A stretch of 64,000 nt of DNA from assembly GCA_977017575.1 (NCBI GenBank), contig CDRNVI010000030.1:992001-1056000 (forward strand), read 5' to 3'. A program made the position numbers and the translations under genes. This document shows positions 38,977 through 49,069 of the stretch, piece after piece; the stretch's first letter is position 1, and every line of letters starts with the position of its first letter. The stretch comes from Paramoeba atlantica. Its lineage: Eukaryota > Protista > Discosea. The notes under the pieces are model-generated. The model saw only the letters and a list, made by a program, of their open reading frames with translations, had not been told where the DNA came from and searched no databases.

Positions 38977-39828
38977 TCACCCATTCCCCTCAATTTTGCG
39001 TACCATATCTGAAAGACTATTTTTTCCCAAAGAAAACAGAAAGTCAGACAGCGTACTAAAGGATAAACATTTTGGGCGCTGTGCATTCATCCCCAAAAGT
39101 CGTCGCTCTGCCCCGGCAGTGCGTATGTTCATCGCAGGCCGCAGGCGATCCTCCCGAGTCCGGTGCACCCCGTCCGATACCAAATCCATCCCATGCTGCA
39201 CAAAAAGCGGACCCAGCACACGTGTATCGCGGAGATCCGCAATATGAATCCGAACTCTTTTACGATTCGTCTCCGGGAGGGCCAAATGCTCTGTAGGAAT
39301 ACGCAGCGAATGAGCGTCGTGGGGCAAAAAAGTATTGTTCTCCACACAACGCGTAATGTACTCCTCATCACAGAGCTGCACCCCACGCAGAGCCAATGCC
39401 AGGGCTCGGGTGGTAAAAATTTTCCACCCTTTTGGCACACAGCAGTGCGTGATGTGTTTAAGCGAGGTGTTGATGTCCTCTCTTGCGAGTGTGGGGATCA
39501 CCTCCCCGCCAAGATCAATAATGTAGTCCTCGATGCGGGCTCGCGCCCCTCCGTGAGTAAAACCTTGGACGACGTATCGCGGACGCTGGCGTAAGGCAAG
39601 GAGTTGATCTTGGGTCTCGGCGTGGGCTAAGCGCTCGCTCTCCAGCCGCTCGATCGTGTGCAAGAGCTCATTGTGGAGCTCCAGGGCGTATTTTTTGAGT
39701 TCCAGAGGAGTAAGGGTGGGGGCAGCGGTGACCCGTGCCAATGTCGCGCGTGCACCCCCATAAGTCGGTCGAAAGGTATTGTCCTCCAAGCAAATAGAAG
39801 CGAGTAAGTTAGATTGATCGAAATCCAT
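38977..39828 (-). CDS. Coiled-coil plus BRCT domain protein
   Basis: Heptad stretch LELHNELLHTIERLESE. BRCT pattern I.DLGGEV...ITHC.V......ALRGVQLCDEEYI..CV. Confidence 0.7.
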   Translation of the reverse strand: MDFDQSNLLASICLEDNTFRPTYGGARATLARVTAAPTLTPLELKKYALELHNELLHTIERLESERLAHAETQDQLLALRQRPRYVVQGFTHGGARARIEDYIIDLGGEVIPTLAREDINTSLKHITHCCVPKGWKIFTTRALALALRGVQLCDEEYITRCVENNTFLPHDAHSLRIPTEHLALPETNRKRVRIHIADLRDTRVLGPLFVQHGMDLVSDGVHRTREDRLRPAMNIRTAGAERRLLGMNAQRPKCLSFSTLSDFLFSLGKNSLSDMVRKIEGNG

Positions 39829-40008
39829 GGGGAGAGTAGCCAAAATTAGAGATACGAGTCGAGCAAAAACAATTTATTCATGCCTCTCATCACGATACGC
39901 TCGGCAAGGTAAATAAAGATACGAATAAAAGCAGGTAAACATCTTTCATACATAGTAAACACACTATGCATAACACTCAACCCTTGTATCAATCATCCAT
40001 TCATGACA

Positions 40009-41487
40009 CTATTTCACTCTCCTGTACTTCGCCGCCTTGCGTTCTCGTGCCTCCTGCTGCCTCTGTTCGCGTAGTTTGTAGACTCCGAACTCCTCATTAC
40101 GTTTAATTTTAAGCTTGTGCTGCTCCTTCTTATGCTTTCTGCGAGCTTGGAGATATTTGTGGTAGTCATAAATTTCCGTTTTCGGGGGCGCAATGGTTTG
40201 TTTCACTTGTCTGGCGTCGTCAATGTCCGTTTGAGTAATTTGGCTGGTGCTTTTTGCTTCATCCTTTAAATAGGCCAGTAAGGGAGGTGACACCAGTTGA
40301 CACTCCTCTGTAGGTCGCACCGCAATTTGATCCGGATCCTCCGGAGTAGCCACAAACGTAGGAAACGCGGGATATCCCCGATTCAACGACCACATCGTCT
40401 TACCTCGCGTATACGTCCCATCCACAATCGTCAGATACGCCCCCACATCACACGGCAACCGTCCCACAAAGTAAATCAAAGAATTCTTATAATCAATCCG
40501 GTAAATCGGCTTATTATAAAAAAACCGCCGATCCCCTCCCTTATGCCCCGGCATCGCGGTCCCCGGCAACACCCTCCGCGCGCCCTGGGACCCAATCGAC
40601 CCTGGCCGTCGATGCCACAAACTATCCCCCACCCAGGCCATACTCCCGTCATGACCAAACCGCCCCACGACCCCACGAAACCCATGGTCATAGGTCATCA
40701 TCGACAGCGTACACTCCTGGCCGACTTTAAAATGCCGCACATCGAGCTTCGTCCCGACCGGCACAAACCCATCCGGGGTGATCCGGAACTCCTTCGAGAC
40801 GTGCTTCACCGGGACCCCCGCGGCCTTGAACCCCCGCCCCACCTTCGGGGGGTGGAACTCCGGGGGGACGTTCATCGCGCCCACCCGCACCGCGTCGTAC
40901 CCGTGGGCCTCCCGGGTCTTGTGCTCCACGACCTGGTTGTCCGGGACCCACACCATGGAGAGGATCATCGCGTTCCCGTAGGCATCAAACTCGCGAATGT
41001 ATTTCACCCGACAGCCCAGGAGACCGAGACGAACGCTGTAGAACTGGTTGAACTCACCAAAGGGAGGGGGGAGGCGCCAGGAGGAGGATTCGGGCGAGTC
41101 CTTCGCTTTATTCTCCCCCGGTTTCGCCCCCATGGGGAGTGCCTTTGTGGCGTGGGTGTGGGTGTCCTCGGGGGTACTCCAGTGCCAGGTGTCTTGGTAG
41201 AGCTCGGGGAATTTTTCACGGATCCGGAGAAAGGCGTCGTAGCGGTCCTCACGGATGGCGTCGTAGACGGTTTGGAGTTGCTCGGGTTGCCAGGTGCGGG
41301 GGTTGGGGTTGATTTTGGGGTACAGGCTGAGTTTGTCCCCGTGGTCGAAGAGGTAGGGGTAGTAGCTGTGGTACATGTCACGCCATTTTTCGTCCGTGCG
41401 GGCGGGGTAGCATTTCCACCAGTTGGTGAATTGGCGCAGGTCGGTCATGCCGACTTGCTTGAAATGGCTTACTCGGGTGCAACGCAT
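40009..41487 (-). CDS. MRPL3: Mitochondrial ribosomal protein uL3m (kinetoplastid long form)
   Basis: HGYDAVRVG, FKVGQ, HGFRGVVGRFG, HRRPGSIG and PGTAMPGHKG. Confidence 0.93.
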   Translation of the reverse strand: MRCTRVSHFKQVGMTDLRQFTNWWKCYPARTDEKWRDMYHSYYPYLFDHGDKLSLYPKINPNPRTWQPEQLQTVYDAIREDRYDAFLRIREKFPELYQDTWHWSTPEDTHTHATKALPMGAKPGENKAKDSPESSSWRLPPPFGEFNQFYSVRLGLLGCRVKYIREFDAYGNAMILSMVWVPDNQVVEHKTREAHGYDAVRVGAMNVPPEFHPPKVGRGFKAAGVPVKHVSKEFRITPDGFVPVGTKLDVRHFKVGQECTLSMMTYDHGFRGVVGRFGHDGSMAWVGDSLWHRRPGSIGSQGARRVLPGTAMPGHKGGDRRFFYNKPIYRIDYKNSLIYFVGRLPCDVGAYLTIVDGTYTRGKTMWSLNRGYPAFPTFVATPEDPDQIAVRPTEECQLVSPPLLAYLKDEAKSTSQITQTDIDDARQVKQTIAPPKTEIYDYHKYLQARRKHKKEQHKLKIKRNEEFGVYKLREQRQQEARERKAAKYRRVK

Positions 41488-41493
41488 AGGGAG

Positions 41494-41516
41494 CTAAAGA
41501 AGAGGAAAAGGAAAAT
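41494..41516 (-). promoter_or_regulatory. Putative SL trans-splice acceptor (polypyrimidine tract plus AG)
   Basis: Minus strand reads TTTTCCTTTTCCTCTTCTTT-AG-CTCCCT-ATG immediately before uL3m. Confidence 0.65.
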
Positions 41517-41633
41517 CCTAGAGGGAGTAATATAGATTAAATCCAAAGATCATGACACTTATAAATTCCTCTTTCTTACGCCCCGTTTTAGTTGCCTGAA
41601 ACAGCAGTGTTTTTTATACAGGACGGATTCTTT

Positions 41634-42677
41634 TTAGCATTTGTCTAGAAAAGTCAAATTCAAAAGGATTTGACATCGGCTGTGATCCATATCCTGTTGC
41701 CTAAACTGAAATTCCCTCCTTTCGCTCGTTTGGCATAGGGCGCAAGCAAAACGGCAGGTGAACACCCCACAGTCATAAGCGTTGTTTTGTTGCGGTACCA
41801 AATTAACTGTGTTGTGAATGCGATCTATTCCCAATTTGGGAAAGAGTACTGCACAACAATCAGCGAGAGCCTTCGCGGAAGGAGAAATCGAAGGATCGTA
41901 GTGCAGAACCTCGTTCCATTTGTTTCGATGACTCGACATGTATGAGTCATAGTACTCCACACATCGCTCAGAAAAATTGATTACGCCGAGGGACCAGTGA
42001 TTCCCGCGAACGTTTATAGGAATAAGTATCTTTTCCTCATCGCCTTTCAGATGTAGTTTCGTAATCCATCGCCTCACCCCCTCCGCTCCGGTCTTTTGCA
42101 TTAGTTTCGTAAGAAAAAACGACCCGAGGAAACGTACACGGCCTGCCGTAGAGTGACAGCACGCCGCAACAAATGCATTAATAATTTGATCATTAAGCCA
42201 TTCCCGTGGATGCAAGGTACACAAATCGTGTGGCGAAAGACGATATGTGGAAAGATGAATCATTTTTCCTATATTGTCCCTAGAAGAACGTACTTGTGTA
42301 TATTCTCCAAGAATTTGTAAATCGTCTGTGTCAAACTGAAAATGGGGAACGTCCAAAAAGGTTGGAACGCTAACATGAAGTCTGTTTTTTTGCATGACTA
42401 AATACCGCAGAAAGCCCTTTGCCCCAGCGGTAGAAATCCCATCTCGTTGCAGTCGTCGCTGGAGCAATTTTCGTAACACCTTCTGCAGTGTGGATTCAAC
42501 TACGTTGTTCCAAAGAGATGTGACATCGTGTACGGTTTCGCGGATAATCTTTCGTAATGAACTGTTGATCATTGTTTTCGTGCTCGCCTTGACAGATGAC
42601 ATAAAACTCTGCTGTTCGAATAGGAAGGTACCCCTGGTTGAATTGCTCACCGAAAAGGTTATGTTATGGTTCTCCAT
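41634..42677 (-). CDS. Ulp1/SENP family SUMO-specific protease
   Basis: WLNDQIIN, IPINVRGNHWSL, YYDS and PQQNNAYDCGVF give an intact His-Asp-Cys triad. Confidence 0.93.
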   Translation of the reverse strand: MENHNITFSVSNSTRGTFLFEQQSFMSSVKASTKTMINSSLRKIIRETVHDVTSLWNNVVESTLQKVLRKLLQRRLQRDGISTAGAKGFLRYLVMQKNRLHVSVPTFLDVPHFQFDTDDLQILGEYTQVRSSRDNIGKMIHLSTYRLSPHDLCTLHPREWLNDQIINAFVAACCHSTAGRVRFLGSFFLTKLMQKTGAEGVRRWITKLHLKGDEEKILIPINVRGNHWSLGVINFSERCVEYYDSYMSSHRNKWNEVLHYDPSISPSAKALADCCAVLFPKLGIDRIHNTVNLVPQQNNAYDCGVFTCRFACALCQTSERREFQFRQQDMDHSRCQILLNLTFLDKC

Positions 42678-43157
42678 TCAACGTGGAAAACTGTGCCTGG
42701 ACCAAAAGTCATGCCTTTGGTTTTGCGCAAAAGAGGGATGAGATTTGCCGCGCTCATAACACACCATATTCATACTTCAAATTAGAAGTAGGTAAATATT
42801 ATTTACTAAATATGATGATTTCTCTTATGCGTGTCGCAACGTTTATTGGAAAGTCATTATGAATTGGTTATTACGCCAATGGCTCTTAGAATTTTACCCA
42901 ACAGTCAAATAAAAGTTCTCTAACCAAGATAGTAAAAAACAAAATAAGTGCAAGACTAATAAAAGTTTTCTTATAAAACCAAAGAAAGTTAGAATATGTA
43001 AATACAAAAGAATAAGAAAGTAAGAAACCTAACCAGTTTTACTACAGTAAAACAAAGTTTTACTTGGTGCTTCAATAAATGTTAAAGAAGATATACACGT
43101 ACATACGCGTTGTCTACTTTTTATGCGGTGGCAAGCTTTGAAAAAAAATTGGAAAAG

Positions 43158-46100
43158 CTACGACAAGGTATCTAAGAAGGAAATGAACGGCTCTAGGCAA
43201 GGGTTTTCTATTGAATTTATCTTTGGGTAAGTATCTTCTTGTTCAGATAAGTTAGCCCTTTCAGAAGATAACGATCTTTTCGGTCGAATCGGTGAAGGAG
43301 AACCAGAAAATAATGTTTCCTGTTTTGCTCCAACGGACTCGTTTTCAACAATTTCGATCACCGATGAGTCACTCGACGGCATCCCAGGGCAGTTATTGAA
43401 TTGATTGCTATCCCATTGAGCAAAACGCCTGTTTTCGTTTGAACGGACATCACTATTCTGTTCTTGATAATTCAGCATATCGGAGGGATTATAGCTTCTG
43501 TATATGTGAGTGGGATGATGCATTCGTGTAAAAGGCGAAGACTGACCGTAGGAATGTGAAACCTCATTAAGCTGTGGTTCATGTACAACGGAATTGCTTG
43601 CTATAGTTGGAAGAGGAGAGTACGCCCACTGCTGAAAGGGATTCATTGTATTTCTCGCTTGCTGTGAAAACGGATATCTTTCCAAATTAGTAGCACCATG
43701 AGCAGAAGTTTGACCGCCTTGCGACTTAGACTGCGTACCCCCCCGCGGTCGCTTTCGTGAGCTTGGTGGCGGTAGACTATTATACAAATGAGAGATATAT
43801 TTCTCAGATGAGTTTTTTCGGCGAACATCAGGGTATGCAGCACCTAGACGATAATATTTCTTGTCTTCTTGACCAGTACACGCTGGTATCAAGCACTCTA
43901 CAGGTTCAGCCGTGTAGTGGCGGTTCTGACCTACAAAACATGGAGGCTCAATTGGATGGTTTTTTACGTCAGACAATTCCGCAAGTGAAATAGAATTAGT
44001 TGGATCAGATTGATGCGGCATTGGCGTCCGCTCCGACATGTAAATCCGTTCTGCGCAGTTGTCTATCGGGTAAGAATAGGTCTGTGCTGGTGAACAAAAT
44101 TTTAATCTATTTGGATCTACACCGAATGACTTTTCGGGTCGAGATGTCATAGTAATTCTCCTTTCCTCGTCGCGAAGTAAATCTCTGCCTCTTATACTTG
44201 TTCCAAAAACCGAGGCTTCCGAAAGATTACGTATAGGATCACTTTGGACTGGATCAGAACTTCGCTGTTCATTAGCATAAATAGTTGAGCTAGGAGTTAC
44301 TGTCACATTTTCCTCCAATGAGAATTTGTCGTCACCTTCTACCACCTGGAAATGGCGCCCTTGAGACGATATTGAGACGGCGTTCCTTCTGTTATATGCA
44401 GAATCCAAATCTCTTACTTCTAGGATTGCAGAATTGCTTGCAAATGAATTCCGATCGTTTTGAAACAACCGATTGAGAGGATTGTGCTCCTCCTTTTCCA
44501 AACGGCTTTGTTCTATCATACTAGACTTATTGCGTCCGCTCGGTATGGTTATACCCGTTTTGTCATCGTTTTCACATGCAGTATTAGGACTCGCTTTTTT
44601 CATAGTTGAAGGCGCCGATTCTCTTTTCAATGGAGTAGAGTGATTGCTCATATTTTCTTTTGCTTGCGGAACGGAGCAGTTGGCAGGTGGAATTTTTTCC
44701 TTGATCGGGACCGTATCAGCTAAGACTTCAATTGAGTTGCTCACCTTTTTGTTGCACCGCGTCTCATGGTCTTTGGAGCATTCGCTGCCTAAGGTACCAT
44801 CCTGCTCGGACACAGAAGTTGCGTTAGTCTGCTTTAATGAACTATCTAACTCTAATGTGATTTTACTAAAACGATCGTATCCTAAATAGTCCTCACAAAC
44901 TAGCGTAGCATAAATTTCCCAAGGTGTGTCCCTTAGGTGTGGAACATTTACTTCCCATAATAAAACGCCTTCGGGTACGCAGTCTGGATCCAGAGTCCCT
45001 TCATGATGTTTGTCCCATATGTTTACCCATGAATGTGGAGGCCATGTACCCATGCTTCGAAAACGACGATACAACAAAAGTTTACCGTTACTATCTCCGA
45101 CAAGAAAGCTGTACCACAAGGTTTCCGAAGATTCTAGCAAGCAACTTCGGTTTTGTTCATTTCCTCCGTGGTGATCGCCCTCTAATTCTGAAGTTGATTG
45201 AGAAACATGCACTGGACTGCAACGCCCGACATAAAATCTTACTTCTCTACTTATTTCAGGAGAATCAATTCGAGTTTGATGTGCAAAAAAGTTTAGGAAA
45301 GGAAATGAAGAAATTCTTCTTTGTAGGTTACTCCCGAATGGAGGCTTTTTGTTAGTACAGTGCTCGATAGTTCGCGGATTAGCTTGCAAGAGGTCAGCAA
45401 AATTGTTAATGGAATACTGCGCAAGTAATTTAGCTGTTGCTGGGCCGATGCCCGCGAGCTCGCGGGTCAGAAATGGGGAGGTTTCCCACATGGAACGCTC
45501 GACACAGCGCAGCAACGACCAGGAGGCGCGTGTCGCACCGAACCATTTCTTTTCAAGAGAGTATTCTTGAATAAACTTACATACTCGAGGAAGTACTGTC
45601 CACATGCGCCCGAGCTCATTTTTCAAGGACCACGCAGACAAATTTTCAAGATTTTCGTCAGCTAAGCGCAATTGTATTAAAATAAATATCTTTTGCCAAT
45701 CCTCCCGAATATTTCTTCCTCGGGCCTGCCCAGGAATGGGAAAGCGTATAGTCTTGTTTTGTGGATTTAAGTGCTGTTTATCACCTTGATGGATGTGATA
45801 TTCATGCATTTCCTCTGTTTTGCTGATGCATTGAAGTACTTCCTTAATGTCACTTGTAGGACCCATGTTGTCACGTACAACACGTAGAGTTTGAAGGAGT
45901 ATGTAATACTTGGCAACCAGCTTTCCTATTCGAGACGGTCGTAGGGTACCTGTTTCCACGTGAATGTAGACACATTCCAGGCTCCTTAATTTTTGTAACT
46001 GGTCCTCCAAGATATCTGTAATAAATTGGTCGACAGCGCAGTGCCTCTCTACGCCGTAAAATGTTGGATTTTTGTTCACCCTGACCCAAAAATAGGTTGT

Positions 46101-47705
46101 CCGGAGCCATTCTTTCGCAGTCTCGATGCTGTTAATCGTTAAAAGGGCAATATCGGAATTAATATGTTCCCCAAGGTGCGCATACAACTTGCTTTCAATT
46201 ACTTGAACATGTTCTGCATTTGTCTGAGTAAGGGTATTGTAGGTATAAACTTTGTTTTCTGTAGTTAGAACAAGTCCTACACCACTAGTATCCAGCCCTG
46301 GGCGTCCTGCTCTGCCGAGCATTTGGCGCACTTCGTGTAGAGGGAGATCAACCCGGGAGCCGCCCTTGTAGCCCGTCGTGCCCTTCACGATAACTAGCCG
46401 TGCAGGGAAGTTCACTCCAACTGCCAGGGTTGTTGTGCAACACACAACGCGTATGGATTGCTCTGAAAATGCTTTTTCCACAGCCCGACGATCACTGGGG
46501 GAAAGCGCGGCATGATGAAATCCCAACCCCTTTTCCATACATTGGCGAAGCAAGGTGTTGTTTATCGTTGACAAAGAATTGAGAAAACTTTGACGCTGCG
46601 TGCAATCCCTCGGCAACATTGATGTATGAGTGGCATGCTGATTAATGACAAGACAAGAATTTTCAGCTTCTTTTCTAGATGCACAGAATATCAGTGTTGG
46701 CTTCCCATCAGAATATTTTTCGATCATCGGAGCAAGCTTGTAGCTCAGCAAACGATCATAGCTAAAAGGATTGTCACATCTGGATCCAAAGGACAGTACC
46801 TTTACGTGTAGTTCTATTGGACGCAAAGATTCCGAGAAGACATGTAGTCCTTCGTCGGGGACTTCTAACCATGCAGCAATGTCTTCTGCATTGGAAAGTG
46901 TGCCACTTACGGCGATAAATCGCATTGTGAAGCCGCCATGTGCCTGTAAAGATGTGCTGTAAGCAGCCCCATCACCCAGAGCAGATTCTTCCCGAGCCTT
47001 GTGATCTTTATCATTTGCGCCGGAAGCCCCACCGATCGGTTCCTCGATACATATTCGATTGCTACGACTTTGGCGTACCTTGTGCACGGTCTTCATGCGA
47101 CTCACAAGAGCCTCCAATGCGGGACCTCTGTCATCGTGAAGTGTATGCACTTCATCGATCAGCACCAAGGCAACTGACGTTACCAAATTTAACACCGCTC
47201 CCTCTTTCCACCCACGAGTTATGCTATCCCAGCGCTCTGGGGTGGTAACCAGCACGTCAGCAGCACAAACACGAGTCAGTGAATTTAGCGTACGATCCGT
47301 GTCTCCAGTTTCCATAACGATACAAAGTTCATAGGGTCCATATTTTTTCTCCCACAGGGTCGCTTTCTCTTGGGCAAGAGACTTTGTCGGACACAAGTAG
47401 ACAACTTTCTCGCACCGAAGAGTCGAATTATTGGCCGGTGAAGGAGACACAGTAAGGGTGGACTCCGTAGCGCGGCGTTGGATAAAATGGAGTAAACGTG
47501 GAGCGAACAATCGTATCATCGCCAATTCCATAAGTAGAGTTTTTCCACTGCCTGTCGGCGCTGCAATAACCATGTTGATATCGGAAAGCAGCAGCGGGCG
47601 AAAGCATGAACGCTGGATGTCATTTAATTGGCGCTGATCAAGAAAGCATGATAATGGACCCAGTAGTGTCTGTACCTCATTCAAGGATGACAGAGATCGA
47701 TGCAT
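43158..47705 (-). CDS. MER3: Meiotic Ski2-like DExH helicase MER3/HFM1 (helicase plus Sec63 domain, low-complexity tail)
   Basis: AAPTGSGKT, LIDEVHTL.DDRGPALEALVSRM, KYSDGKPTLIFCASRK, TLAVGVNFPARLVIVKGT and QMLGRAGRP. Confidence 0.88.
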   Translation of the reverse strand: MHRSLSSLNEVQTLLGPLSCFLDQRQLNDIQRSCFRPLLLSDINMVIAAPTGSGKTLLMELAMIRLFAPRLLHFIQRRATESTLTVSPSPANNSTLRCEKVVYLCPTKSLAQEKATLWEKKYGPYELCIVMETGDTDRTLNSLTRVCAADVLVTTPERWDSITRGWKEGAVLNLVTSVALVLIDEVHTLHDDRGPALEALVSRMKTVHKVRQSRSNRICIEEPIGGASGANDKDHKAREESALGDGAAYSTSLQAHGGFTMRFIAVSGTLSNAEDIAAWLEVPDEGLHVFSESLRPIELHVKVLSFGSRCDNPFSYDRLLSYKLAPMIEKYSDGKPTLIFCASRKEAENSCLVINQHATHTSMLPRDCTQRQSFLNSLSTINNTLLRQCMEKGLGFHHAALSPSDRRAVEKAFSEQSIRVVCCTTTLAVGVNFPARLVIVKGTTGYKGGSRVDLPLHEVRQMLGRAGRPGLDTSGVGLVLTTENKVYTYNTLTQTNAEHVQVIESKLYAHLGEHINSDIALLTINSIETAKEWLRTTYFWVRVNKNPTFYGVERHCAVDQFITDILEDQLQKLRSLECVYIHVETGTLRPSRIGKLVAKYYILLQTLRVVRDNMGPTSDIKEVLQCISKTEEMHEYHIHQGDKQHLNPQNKTIRFPIPGQARGRNIREDWQKIFILIQLRLADENLENLSAWSLKNELGRMWTVLPRVCKFIQEYSLEKKWFGATRASWSLLRCVERSMWETSPFLTRELAGIGPATAKLLAQYSINNFADLLQANPRTIEHCTNKKPPFGSNLQRRISSFPFLNFFAHQTRIDSPEISREVRFYVGRCSPVHVSQSTSELEGDHHGGNEQNRSCLLESSETLWYSFLVGDSNGKLLLYRRFRSMGTWPPHSWVNIWDKHHEGTLDPDCVPEGVLLWEVNVPHLRDTPWEIYATLVCEDYLGYDRFSKITLELDSSLKQTNATSVSEQDGTLGSECSKDHETRCNKKVSNSIEVLADTVPIKEKIPPANCSVPQAKENMSNHSTPLKRESAPSTMKKASPNTACENDDKTGITIPSGRNKSSMIEQSRLEKEEHNPLNRLFQNDRNSFASNSAILEVRDLDSAYNRRNAVSISSQGRHFQVVEGDDKFSLEENVTVTPSSTIYANEQRSSDPVQSDPIRNLSEASVFGTSIRGRDLLRDEERRITMTSRPEKSFGVDPNRLKFCSPAQTYSYPIDNCAERIYMSERTPMPHQSDPTNSISLAELSDVKNHPIEPPCFVGQNRHYTAEPVECLIPACTGQEDKKYYRLGAAYPDVRRKNSSEKYISHLYNSLPPPSSRKRPRGGTQSKSQGGQTSAHGATNLERYPFSQQARNTMNPFQQWAYSPLPTIASNSVVHEPQLNEVSHSYGQSSPFTRMHHPTHIYRSYNPSDMLNYQEQNSDVRSNENRRFAQWDSNQFNNCPGMPSSDSSVIEIVENESVGAKQETLFSGSPSPIRPKRSLSSERANLSEQEDTYPKINSIENPCLEPFISFLDTLS

Positions 47706-47966
47706 CAACGAAGATATGCCTTTTAGAAGATTAAAAAGCGCTTCTATCGCAGATACACAATTTCGCAGTATGCGCTTATTGTGCGAATTTACTTACATGT
47801 CCTATATCACATAATGCACTGATCACATAATGCACATAATAATATTTACGCAATGCTCACTGTAGATAGTACCATAGTACAACCACACAATACAAGATTA
47901 ATGATAGAACTAACAGTAGCAAGTAGCACTACTACTGTACTTTACTGTAGTTACGGATCATTGTTA

Positions 47967-48368
47967 CTATGATATTGCTTCTGAACCAAGTTTTAACAAG
48001 GCTTCGTCGCGGCGCAATTCTAAGTCATCAAGGACATTGAAATATGAAGTTGAAGAGGTTGGTGCAGTAGGTTCTCTTGCAGGACGCAACATGGGACGAA
48101 GTAATTCCTCGTTTATTGAACCGTAATCCTTGTATGAGTACTTCCAGAACAACAATGTCAAAAGGGGTATTAACACGTATGCAACAAACCTTAGTAATTC
48201 AAAAGTATTAATGAAATCTTTTTCCAGACGGTATGTTGGCCGAAAATATTCTTTGAGCAAGTCCCAATTTCCTACTATACGGTGTTTTTTCTTAGCTACT
48301 ATACGGACATTGTTTACGGCAGTCAAACGCCGCGAGAAATGCAGTGCCAAAAGTATTGTACAACGCAT
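47967..48368 (-). CDS. Small single-TM mitochondrial protein, Pet100-like
   Basis: FELLRFVAYVLIPLLTLLFW resembles the Pet100 LE.F.F..Y...P motif. Presequence-like start. Confidence 0.4.
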   Translation of the reverse strand: MRCTILLALHFSRRLTAVNNVRIVAKKKHRIVGNWDLLKEYFRPTYRLEKDFINTFELLRFVAYVLIPLLTLLFWKYSYKDYGSINEELLRPMLRPAREPTAPTSSTSYFNVLDDLELRRDEALLKLGSEAIS

Positions 48369-49069
48369 AGTTCACAGCTCCAAGGTAAATTATTACCTAA
48401 TATTTCGTCGTGATAACATTAAGCTCAAGAAATGCGAAAAGAACAGAGTTGCGAAAAACGTTTCTCAAGAATGAAATGTGAAAGAAGTTTCGAGAAGTCC
48501 TATGATATAATTTTTTTAGGACACTGTCTAGGTTCCGTTGCATCAGAAGTTTTGCGTTATAACTAACAACAGTAATAAATGCATACATGAACATATTTGT
48601 TGCCCATGCATAAAGAACTGAAGAAAAAGAAAGAGAATGAAATTTATATACTATACCCCCCTAGTTATCTGTCGGTACTTTTCGAGGAAAGTTGGCAACT
48701 TTTGACGACAGAAATGCGGCGACAGAAACTTTGGTTCGCCGATATTGGAATTAAGGTCGTGAATAAAAATGTAAGTGAATAAAAAAAAGTGAATAAATTT
48801 ATTCGAGATGCTATACGGCATCATTAAAAATCAATATGCTGAAGACATCTACTAGCATTAAACGCGACAATCCTAAAAAACGCGTTCCATTAATCCTAGA
48901 AAAATCTTCCAGCATTTTGAAAATTAATGAAGCAATAGCAAGAAACCCACTAAGGGAAGATGAACATAATAGAATTTTGAGGAAGTTGAATATACATGTA
49001 CTTTCAAATTCGTTTGAAGCTTGGCTCTCATTTGCAAATGGGCACGTGAAAGAATAGAATATTCAGTAG

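Noticed and set aside
40297-41535. 412-aa plus-strand ORF antisense to uL3m
   Set aside because: Mirror frame of a gene with strongly biased third positions. No independent coding signal.
47908-47947. AACTAAC...CTGTACTTTA resembling the ends of the spliced-leader exon
   Set aside because: The middle 20 nt do not match, no GT donor follows, and it is not in a tandem array.
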